Assembly: GCA_025937875.1 (NCBI GenBank)
Contig: JAICQM010000002.1
Location: 1-44,740 of the forward strand
Length of the DNA stretch: 44,740 nt
Origin: Chloroflexota bacterium
GTDB taxonomy: Bacteria > Chloroflexota > Limnocylindria > QHBO01
Direction of reading: 5' to 3'
The notes under the pieces were generated by a model. The model was not told where the DNA came from and did not search any database. It saw only the letters and a program-made list of their open reading frames with translations. A program made the translations under genes and the position numbers. How positions within the stretch are numbered: position 1 is the stretch's first letter; every line of letters begins with the position of its first letter. This document shows, piece by piece, positions 32,871 to 39,997 of this stretch.

Positions 32871-33476
32871 ATGTACGCTGTCGTCACCACTGGCGGTAAG
32901 CAGTACCGCGTCGAGGCCGGCAGCGAGCTCCTCGTCGAGAAGCTCTCGGTCGACCCCGGCGCATCGGTCACCTTCGATCGCGTCCTGCTCATCGGCGACG
33001 GCGACGAGGTGACCGTCGGCACCCCCCTCGTGGCGGGCGCCAGCGTCACCGGCACCGTCCTGCGCGCGGAGCGCGGGCCCAAGATCATCATCTTCAAGTT
33101 CAAGCAGAAGGCCAAATACCGCCGTCGCACCGGCCATCGCCAGGACCTTGTCCGCGTTCGCATCGACGAGATCAGCGCCGATGGCAAGCGGTCCACGGCC
33201 GAAGCGGAGCCGGCGAAGGCCGACACGGCGAAGGCCGACAAGCCCAAGCGCGCGGCCGCGAAGCCGAAGGCGGAGGCCGCCACATCAGCTGCCGACAAGC
33301 CCAAGCGCGCGGCCGCGAAGCCGAAGGCGGACGCGGCTGCAGCGGCCGAGAAGCCGAAGCGCGCCACGCGCGCCAAGGCGGCAGCAACCGACGAGGGTGC
33401 CGAGGCACCGGCCCCCAAGCCGAAGCGAGCCTCGCGCGCCAAGGCGCCCAAGGCCGACGCGGCGGACAAGGAGTAA
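32871..33476 (+). CDS. rplU: 50S ribosomal protein L21 with a ~100-aa Lys/Ala/Pro-rich C-terminal extension
   Basis: MYAVVTTGGKQYRVEAGSELLVEKL...IIIFKFKQKAKYRRRTGHRQ. GGAG lies 6 nt upstream of the ATG at 32871. The tail is made of AKADKPKRAAAKPKA-type repeats. Confidence 0.93.
   Translation: MYAVVTTGGKQYRVEAGSELLVEKLSVDPGASVTFDRVLLIGDGDEVTVGTPLVAGASVTGTVLRAERGPKIIIFKFKQKAKYRRRTGHRQDLVRVRIDEISADGKRSTAEAEPAKADTAKADKPKRAAAKPKAEAATSAADKPKRAAAKPKADAAAAAEKPKRATRAKAAATDEGAEAPAPKPKRASRAKAPKADAADKE
33234..33331 (+). repeat. Perfect 41-nt direct repeat (period 57 nt) inside the rplU tail
   Basis: GCCGACAAGCCCAAGCGCGCGGCCGCGAAGCCGAAGGCGGA occurs at 33234-33274 and again at 33291-33331. It encodes ADKPKRAAAKPKA twice. 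Confidence 0.85.
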
Positions 33477-33482
33477 CCGACC

Positions 33483-33743
33483 ATGGCCCACAAGAAGGCT
33501 GGCTCGTCCAGCAAGAACGGCCGCGACAGCGCCGGCAAGCGCCTCGGCGTGAAGCGCGGCGATGGCCAGCTCGTCAATGCGGGCACCATCATCGTCCGCC
33601 AGCGCGGCAGCACGTTCAACGCCGGCGAGAACGTCGGGATGGGAAGGGATTACACCCTCTTCGCCACCTCCGACGGGACCGTCAAGTTCACCCATCAGGC
33701 GCGCGATAAGAAGCGCGTCAGCGTGGTCGCCGCCGAGGCCTGA
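33483..33743 (+). CDS. rpmA: 50S ribosomal protein L27
   Basis: [61 protein letters not shown] is canonical L27. Confidence 0.96.
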   Translation: MAHKKAGSSSKNGRDSAGKRLGVKRGDGQLVNAGTIIVRQRGSTFNAGENVGMGRDYTLFATSDGTVKFTHQARDKKRVSVVAAEA

Positions 33744-33783
33744 CCGGCCTCGCGGCGCGCCCGCACCACTCCCGGAGAGTTCC

Positions 33784-33990
33784 ATGAAGACCGAGATCCA
33801 TCCCACCTATCACCAGGCAAACGTGCACTGCGTTTGCGGCAACACGTTCACCGTCGGCTCCACCGCCGAGTCGATCCGGGTCGAGGTCTGCAGCAACTGC
33901 CACCCGTTCTACACGGGCACGCAGAACATCGTCGACACGGCCGGCCAGGTCGAGCGGTTCCAGAAGCGCATGGAGCGCGCCCTGCGCTGA
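33784..33990 (+). CDS. rpmE: 50S ribosomal protein L31 (Cys-containing, zinc-type)
   Basis: [62 protein letters not shown]. It lies in frame within track ORF 33562..33990. Confidence 0.93.
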   Translation: MKTEIHPTYHQANVHCVCGNTFTVGSTAESIRVEVCSNCHPFYTGTQNIVDTAGQVERFQKRMERALR

Positions 33991-34091
33991 CCCCGCCAGC
34001 ACCGTCCCGAGGCACGTCGATGCGCCGGTCGCCATCCTGGTGGCCGGCGCGTCTTGCGCCTCACCTGGTGTTTCTCATCCCGGAGCTGATC

Positions 34092-35075
34092 ATGGCCGCC
34101 GGGCCGTTCGTCATCGAGACCGTCGGCTCCAGCAGGGGACGGGCGAAGTTCCGGATGCCCGACTTCTTCTACGGCGGCCAGGCGCTGATCGAGGGCGTCA
34201 TGATGCGCGGCCGGACGACGGTCGCCATGAGCGTCCGTCCCGCCAGCGGCGAGATCGTCACCTACGCCGAGCCGCTCCCGCGGGCACTGACCAGCGGGCG
34301 CTGGACGAAGACGCCGTTCATGCGCGGCATCTTCGTTCTGTACGAGACCCTGGTCCTGGGCACGAGGATGCTCATGCGCTCGGCGGCCATCGCCGCCGAG
34401 GGCGAGGACATCCAGATCGGCAGGGGGACCATGGTGGCGACGATGGTATTCAGCCTCGGCTTCGCGGTCGTCCTCTTCTTCCTGCTGCCCCTCTTCCTGT
34501 CGACGTTCGCCGAGAGCGCGGTCGAGTCCGACCTGCTCGCCAATTTGGTCGAGGGCCTCATCCGGCTGGTGATCTTCATCGCCTACATCGGCCTGATCGG
34601 CCTGATGGAGGACATCAAGCGCGTCTTTGCATACCACGGCGCGGAGCACAAGGCGATCAGCGCCAACGAGGCGCGCCGTCCGCTGACGCCGGAGGAGGTC
34701 GACCGCTTCAGCACCGCCCACACCCGCTGCGGCACGACGTTCATCCTCATCGTGGTCGTCATCAGCATCTTCTTCTTCAGCCTCATCCCCCGCGCAGGCG
34801 TTCCGTTGCCGCTCCTGTTCCTGTCGCGGATCGTCCTGGTGCCGGTGATCGCCGCCGTCGCCTACGAGCTGGTGCGCTTCGGCGCCAGCCACTACGGCAA
34901 CCCGGTGGTGCGGGCGATCTACGCGCCGGGCCTCTGGCTGCAGTCGCTCACCACGCGCCCGCCGGACCGTTCGATGCTCGAGGTCAGCATCGCCAGCCTC
35001 GAGAGCTGCCTGACCGCGGATCGCGAGGCGCAGGCTGCCGCAGCCGAGGCCGCCCCCGCGACACCCTCGGCATGA
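34092..35075 (+). CDS. DUF1385 domain-containing membrane protein
   Basis: [15 protein letters not shown]...[14 protein letters not shown]...[11 protein letters not shown] is the DUF1385 signature. It is commonly found next to prfA/prmC. The ATG at 34092 has GGAG 6 nt upstream; an alternative ATG at 34155 (MPDFFYGGQ) is also possible. Confidence 0.85.
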   Translation: MAAGPFVIETVGSSRGRAKFRMPDFFYGGQALIEGVMMRGRTTVAMSVRPASGEIVTYAEPLPRALTSGRWTKTPFMRGIFVLYETLVLGTRMLMRSAAIAAEGEDIQIGRGTMVATMVFSLGFAVVLFFLLPLFLSTFAESAVESDLLANLVEGLIRLVIFIAYIGLIGLMEDIKRVFAYHGAEHKAISANEARRPLTPEEVDRFSTAHTRCGTTFILIVVVISIFFFSLIPRAGVPLPLLFLSRIVLVPVIAAVAYELVRFGASHYGNPVVRAIYAPGLWLQSLTTRPPDRSMLEVSIASLESCLTADREAQAAAAEAAPATPSA

Positions 35076-36148
35076 TCGAGCGCCTGCGCGAGGCGGAGGC
35101 GCGCTACGAGGAGATCAGCCGGCAGCTCGGGACGCCCGATATCGCCAACGACCCGGCCCGCCTCCAGCAACTCGGGCGGGAGCTGTCGCGCCTCGAGCCG
35201 ATCATCACCGCCTTCCGTGCCTGGACTGACGTCCGCGCCCAGCTCGACGCCGCCCGCGGCATGACCTCCGACAACGACGAGGCGGTGCGCGAGATGGCGC
35301 GCGAGGAGGTCGCCGACCTGGAGGCACGCGAGGCCGCACTCGATGACGAGCTGCGCGAGCTCCTCGTCCCCCGTGACCCCAACGACGACCGCAACGTCAT
35401 CGTCGAGGTCCGCGCCGGGGCCGGCGGCGACGAGGCCGCCCTGTTCGCAGCCGACCTGTTCCGCATGTATGCCCGCTACGCCGAGCGACGGCGCTGGAAG
35501 ACCGAGGTCCTCTCCACCTCCGAGAGCGATGGCGGCGGGGTGAAGGAGGTCATCGCCGAGATTCGCGGCGACGGCGCCTACTCGCGACTGAAGTTCGAGT
35601 CCGGCGTCCACCGCGTGCAGCGCGTCCCGGTGACCGAGGCCGCCGGACGGATCCACACCTCGACCGCCACGGTCAGCGTCCTGCCAGAGGCCGAGGACGT
35701 TGAGCTGGAGATCGACGAGAAGGACCTGCGCATCGACGTCTACCGGTCCAGTGGCCCCGGCGGCCAGAGCGTCAACACCACCGACTCGGCGGTGCGCATC
35801 ACTCACCTGCCCACCGGCACCATGGTCGCGATCCAGGATGAGAAGAGCCAGCACAAGAACAAGGCCAAGGCCCTCGCCGTGCTGCGTGCCCGGCTGCTGG
35901 AGGTCGAGCGCCAGCGGCTTGCCGAGGAGCGGGGCGAGCAGCGCCGCTCGCAGGTCGGCAGCGGCGAGCGCTCCGAGAAGATCCGCACCTACAACTTTCC
36001 CGATGACCGCATCACCGACCACCGGGTCGGGCTCACCGTCCACAACCTGCCCGGCGTGCTCGAGGGCGACCTGGACCGGATCGTCGAGCCCCTGGCCGAG
36101 CGCGATCGCGCCGATCGGCTCTCCGACATGGGCGGCGGCGACGGCTAG
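35072..36148 (+). CDS. prfA: Peptide chain release factor 1
   Basis: [19 protein letters not shown]..., [16 protein letters not shown] (PxT-type), [26 protein letters not shown] (GGQ). The ATG overlaps the upstream stop (ATGA). Confidence 0.96.
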   Translation: MIERLREAEARYEEISRQLGTPDIANDPARLQQLGRELSRLEPIITAFRAWTDVRAQLDAARGMTSDNDEAVREMAREEVADLEAREAALDDELRELLVPRDPNDDRNVIVEVRAGAGGDEAALFAADLFRMYARYAERRRWKTEVLSTSESDGGGVKEVIAEIRGDGAYSRLKFESGVHRVQRVPVTEAAGRIHTSTATVSVLPEAEDVELEIDEKDLRIDVYRSSGPGGQSVNTTDSAVRITHLPTGTMVAIQDEKSQHKNKAKALAVLRARLLEVERQRLAEERGEQRRSQVGSGERSEKIRTYNFPDDRITDHRVGLTVHNLPGVLEGDLDRIVEPLAERDRADRLSDMGGGDG

Positions 36149-36152
36149 ACCG

Positions 36153-37049
36153 ATGGCCGAGCCCGGCATGACCGTCGGCGACGTGCTCGACGATGCCACC
36201 CAGCGCCTGCGCGTCTCCCCGGCGCCAACCGCCCGCCTCGACGCCGAGCTGCTTCTGGGCCATCTCGTCGGCCGCGATCGGGCATGGCTCCTCGGCCACC
36301 GCGACGACCCTGTTGCCGCCGAGCACATCGTCGCCCTGGCCGGCCTGATCGAGCGGCGCGCGGCAGGGGAGCCGGTCGCCTACCTGCGTGGCTTCAAGGA
36401 GTGGTTCGGCCTGCGGATCGCGACCGATCCGCGGGCGCTCATTCCCCGTCCCGAGACGGAGCTGCTCGCCGAGGCCGCGATCGACGAGATCGCCGCTCGG
36501 CTGGCCGCGGGCGCGGAGGGGCCGCCGATCGTGGCCTGGGAGGTGGCCACCGGCAGCGGGGCGGTGTCACTCGCGATCGCCCTCCGCTTCCGTGTCGCAC
36601 TGCGCCTGGAGCGGGTGCGGCTGGCGGCGAGCGACCTCTCCCCGGAGGCCCTGGAGCTGGCCGCCGAGAACCTGGCCGCGCATCGCGTTGCCGGCCTCGT
36701 GACCCTCGCCTGCACCGATCTGCTCGATGGTGCCGGCGACCTGCTCCCCGCACCGGACGTCGTCATCGCCAACCTCCCGTACGTCGCCTCCGACGAGGTG
36801 GACGCCCGGTTCGGCCGCGATCCGCACGAGCCGCGGCTGGCGCTCGACGGCGGCAGCGACGGCCTCGACCTGCTGCGGCGCCTCCTGCGCGACGCGCCAC
36901 GGGCGACCCGACCGGGCGCCACGCTGCTGCTCGAGCTCGGGGTCGGGCAGGCATCCGCGATCCGCGCCATGGCTCCGGCCGGCGCGGCCATCGAGGTGCG
37001 CCAGGACCTCGCCGGCGTGGAGCGCGTCGTGCGGATCGGCCTGCCATGA
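36153..37049 (+). CDS. prmC: Release factor glutamine N5-methyltransferase PrmC/HemK
   Basis: AELLLGHLVGRDRAWLL, PVAYLRGFKEWFG, LIPRPETE, SAM motif EVATGSGAVSLA, catalytic motif region VIANLPYV. It follows prfA. Confidence 0.9.
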   Translation: MAEPGMTVGDVLDDATQRLRVSPAPTARLDAELLLGHLVGRDRAWLLGHRDDPVAAEHIVALAGLIERRAAGEPVAYLRGFKEWFGLRIATDPRALIPRPETELLAEAAIDEIAARLAAGAEGPPIVAWEVATGSGAVSLAIALRFRVALRLERVRLAASDLSPEALELAAENLAAHRVAGLVTLACTDLLDGAGDLLPAPDVVIANLPYVASDEVDARFGRDPHEPRLALDGGSDGLDLLRRLLRDAPRATRPGATLLLELGVGQASAIRAMAPAGAAIEVRQDLAGVERVVRIGLP

Positions 37050-37648
37050 CCGATCGGCTGCCGCCGACCGCTGACGGCATCGCGCGCGCCGCCGCCATCC
37101 TGGCCGCCGGCGGCCTCGTCGCGTTCCCCACCGATACCGTCTACGGCGTCGCGGTGGCCCGCTCGCGCGCCGATCGCCTCGATGCCCTGTTCGCCCTGAA
37201 GCGGCGACCCGCCGAGCGTCGTATTCCGGTCCTGCTCGCCTCGATCGCGCAGGCGGAGGCCGCCGGTGCCGTGCTCGATGACCGCGCGCGTCACCTGGCC
37301 GCGCGCTGGTGGCCGGGGCCACTGACGCTCGTCCTGCCGATCGCCACCGGCGAGACGGTCGCCTTCCGCATTCCCGACCACGACGTCGCCCGCGCATTGA
37401 TCGCCGCCGCCGGCCCGCTGCTGGCGACCAGCGCCAACATCTCCGACGAGCCCGACACCCTCGGCGCCGACGAGGTGCTCATCGCTTTCGCCACCCAGCA
37501 GGGCGAGCTCGACGCCGTCGTCGACGGGGGTGCGGTGCCCGGCGGCGTGCCGTCCACCGTGGTCGATCTTTCCGACACGCCGGCGCGCGTCCTGCGCGAG
37601 GGACCGATCAGCCGCGCCGAGCTGGCAGCCCTGATCGACCTGGCCTGA
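37046..37648 (+). CDS. tsaC: L-threonylcarbamoyladenylate synthase (TsaC/YrdC/Sua5 short form)
   Basis: GGLVAFPTDTVYGVAV, LKRRPAERRIPVL, WPGPLTLVL, PLLATSANISDEP, VPSTVVDLS. The ATG overlaps the prmC stop (ATGA). Confidence 0.9.
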   Translation: MTDRLPPTADGIARAAAILAAGGLVAFPTDTVYGVAVARSRADRLDALFALKRRPAERRIPVLLASIAQAEAAGAVLDDRARHLAARWWPGPLTLVLPIATGETVAFRIPDHDVARALIAAAGPLLATSANISDEPDTLGADEVLIAFATQQGELDAVVDGGAVPGGVPSTVVDLSDTPARVLREGPISRAELAALIDLA

Positions 37649-37670
37649 CCGGTCTGTCGCCGGCCGGGCT

Positions 37671-37691
37671 CCCCGCGCTCGATGCGCGGGG
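37671..37691 (+). terminator. GC hairpin downstream of tsaC
   Basis: CCCCGCGC-TCGAT-GCGCGGGG, an 8-bp perfect stem 23 nt after the tsaC stop. There is no U-tract. Confidence 0.3.
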
Positions 37692-37747
37692 TACCGAAGA
37701 GCGCCACGGGTCCGGGACGGGTGGCCCTCGGGTGCTCCCTCGCGCGG

Positions 37748-37817
37748 TGTCAGCACCCGCTCGTGCTCCACGAGCCCTGTGTCGTGAAGGTTCGTGCTCC
37801 ACGAATAGGTGCTGACA
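37748..37817 (+). repeat. 70-nt multi-hairpin repeat element (copy 1)
   Basis: The outer 10-bp stem is TGTCAGCACC/GGTGCTGACA. It encloses two direct copies of a 15-nt palindrome: CTCGTGCTCCACGAG at 37760-37774 and TTCGTGCTCCACGAA at 37791-37805. An inverted copy lies at 44690-44740. Confidence 0.75.
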
Positions 37818-37860
37818 GCTGGCGAGCCCCCGGCGTCGGGTTACGTACACTCTGCGGGCC

Positions 37861-38310
37861 ATGCGCGTCGCGATCGGTTCGGATCATGCCGGGTTTGCCC
37901 TGAAGGGCGAGCTGTGCACGCTGCTCGACGAGCTCCGGATCGAGTATCGCGACTTCGGCACGTTCGGCCCCGAGCCGGTGGACTACCCAGATCTCATCGC
38001 GCCGGTCGCACGCGCGGTGCGCGACGGCGACTTCGACCTGGGGGTCGTCCTCGGCGGGAGCGGCACCGGCGAGGCGATCGTCGCCAACAAGGTGCGCGGG
38101 GTCCGCTGCGTGGAGGCTGCCGACCCGGTGACCGCCCGTCTGGGCCGCGAGCACAACGACGCCAATGTCCTCTCGATGGGGGCCCGGATCGTGGGTTCGG
38201 AGGTCGCCAGGGCCTGCCTGCGGGCCTTCCTCGACGGCGAGTTCCAGGGTGGTCGCCACGCCCCACGGGTCGAGAAGATCCACCGCGTCGAGGCCGAAGA
38301 GGCCCGCTAG
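37861..38310 (+). CDS. rpiB: Ribose-5-phosphate isomerase B
   Basis: MRVAIGSDHAGFALKGEL..., GVVLGGSGTGEAIVANKVRGVRC, HNDANVLSMGARIVG is the RpiB/LacAB signature. Confidence 0.93.
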   Translation: MRVAIGSDHAGFALKGELCTLLDELRIEYRDFGTFGPEPVDYPDLIAPVARAVRDGDFDLGVVLGGSGTGEAIVANKVRGVRCVEAADPVTARLGREHNDANVLSMGARIVGSEVARACLRAFLDGEFQGGRHAPRVEKIHRVEAEEAR

Positions 38311-38314
38311 AACG

Positions 38315-39589
38315 ATGCCGGTCGCGCTCGACGACCGCGACCGGGCGCTCCTCGCCGGCGATGCCGGCTCGGGGACGGCGTTCGCGATGCGGCTCATCCT
38401 GCTTGCCGCCGAAGGGTTGGGCGCCGATCGCCTGGTGCCCATCGTCGGCGCCCACGTCGACTCGTGCCTCTATCACGGGCAGGCGACGCTCGATTTCGTG
38501 CATCGACTCGCCGAGGGTGGCACCCGGGTCGCGGTGCCGACCACGCTCAACGTGGGAGCCGTCGACCTCCTGCACCCCGAGCTGTGGCGGGGCGACGCCA
38601 CCGCGGCGGCGCGGGGCCGCGAGCTCATGGCCGCCTACCGCGACCTCGGCTGCCGGCCCACCTACACCTGTGCGCCGTACCAGCTCCCCTTCGCGCGGCC
38701 GACCGTCGGGGAGCAGGTGGCGTGGGCCGAGTCGAACGCGATCGTCTTCTGCAACTCGGTCCTCGGCGCGCGCACGGAGCGCTACGGCGATTTCACCGAC
38801 ATCGCCGCCGCGGTGGTCGGCCGCGTGCCCCATGCGGGGCTGCACACCGACGCCGCGCGACGCGCGACGCTCGTGCTCCGCCTCGCCGACGACGTCCCGG
38901 CCGCGTTGCGAACGGCCGACGTCCTGTATCCGGTGCTGGGCATGGTGCTCGGGCGGCGCGCCGGTTCGGCCGTGGCGGCCCTGGTCGGGCTGCCGGGTGG
39001 CGTCTCGGAGGATCGTCTGAAGGCCCTCGGTGCCGCGGCCGCCTCGTCGGGTGCGGTGGCCATGTTCCACGCCATCGGATCCACGCCCGAGGCGCCCACC
39101 CTGGAGGCCGCGCTCGGCGGGCAGGCGCCGGACGCCATGGAGGAGATCACCCTCGGCGAGCTTCGCGCCGCGCGTGACGCCCTGACGACCGGCGAGGGAG
39201 GGCCCCTGGGGGCCGTATCGCTGGGCACGCCGCACGCCTCGCTGGACGAGCTCCGCCGGATCGCCGACGCCATGGACGGCCGCAGGCCGGCGCCCGGCGT
39301 CGAGCTGCTGGTCTCCACCGGGCGCGACGTGCTGGCGGAAGCGACCGCGGCGGGGATCGAGGCGCGGCTGCGCGTCGCCGGGGTCGAGCTCCTGGTCGAC
39401 ACCTGCAGCTACCTCAGCCCCGTCCTGCGTCCGGCGGCGGGCATCGTCATGACCGACTCGGCCAAGTGGGCCGCCTACGCCCCGGGCAACATCGGTCGCG
39501 AGGTCGTCTTCGCCAGCCGAGCGGACTGCATCGCGTCGGCGGTCGCGGGGCGGGTGATGGTGGATCCCGGCGCGTGGGGCGGCGCGTGA
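38315..39589 (+). CDS. Aconitase X catalytic (large) subunit, DUF521
   Basis: LLAGDAGSGTAFAMRLIL, VGAHVDSCLY, YTCAPYQ, VAWAESNAIVFCNSVLGARTERYGDF, GRVPHAGLHTD, AAAASSGAVAMFHAIGSTPEA, VDTCSY. Confidence 0.85.
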   Translation: MPVALDDRDRALLAGDAGSGTAFAMRLILLAAEGLGADRLVPIVGAHVDSCLYHGQATLDFVHRLAEGGTRVAVPTTLNVGAVDLLHPELWRGDATAAARGRELMAAYRDLGCRPTYTCAPYQLPFARPTVGEQVAWAESNAIVFCNSVLGARTERYGDFTDIAAAVVGRVPHAGLHTDAARRATLVLRLADDVPAALRTADVLYPVLGMVLGRRAGSAVAALVGLPGGVSEDRLKALGAAAASSGAVAMFHAIGSTPEAPTLEAALGGQAPDAMEEITLGELRAARDALTTGEGGPLGAVSLGTPHASLDELRRIADAMDGRRPAPGVELLVSTGRDVLAEATAAGIEARLRVAGVELLVDTCSYLSPVLRPAAGIVMTDSAKWAAYAPGNIGREVVFASRADCIASAVAGRVMVDPGAWGGA

Positions 39590-39948
39590 GCGCGATCGCC
39601 GGCGCCGCGTTGGTGCTCGACGAGCCGCTCAGCCTGTGGGGCGGGATCGATCCGGCGACGGGCGAGATCGTCGACGGCCGACATCCGCAGCGCGGCCAAC
39701 GGGTCACCGGGCGGGTGCTGGTGATGGCCGCGGCGCGCGGCAGCTCGTCATCGTCGTCGGTGCTGGCCGAGGCGGTGCGTGCCGGCACCGCCCCGCTGGC
39801 CATCGTCCTCGGGGTGCCGGATCTCATCCTCGCCGTCGGCAGCGCGGTCGCTCGCGAGCTGTACGGGATCCACGTGCCGGTCGTCGTGTGCCCCGCCGCC
39901 GAGCTGGTGCGCATCCGCACCGGGGACCGGATCGAGGTCGATGCCTGA
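39586..39948 (+). CDS. Aconitase X swivel (small) subunit, DUF126
   Basis: The GTG overlaps the large-subunit stop (GTGA). PLSLWGGIDPATGEIVDGRHPQRGQRVTGRVLVMAAARGSSSSSSVLAEAVRAGTAPLAIVL is the DUF126 pattern. Confidence 0.8.
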   Translation: MSAIAGAALVLDEPLSLWGGIDPATGEIVDGRHPQRGQRVTGRVLVMAAARGSSSSSSVLAEAVRAGTAPLAIVLGVPDLILAVGSAVARELYGIHVPVVVCPAAELVRIRTGDRIEVDA

Positions 39949-39997
39949 GGGGTGGTACTGTTGCCCGGCTGCTCAGCACGGGGGAGTCATCTTGCGC

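Noticed and set aside
34020-34091. Longer N-terminus (ATG 34020) for the DUF1385 protein
   Set aside because: It would bury a 13-bp GC hairpin (34022-34050, a likely rpmE terminator or attenuator) in coding sequence and it lacks an SD. The ATG at 34092 has GGAG at ideal spacing. This remains unresolved without homologue alignment.
37748-37817. tRNA or tRNA-like gene (cloverleaf-like nesting of stems)
   Set aside because: The inner hairpin loops are only 3 nt. There is no anticodon loop, T-loop (GTTCRANNC) or D-loop signature, and no CCA context.
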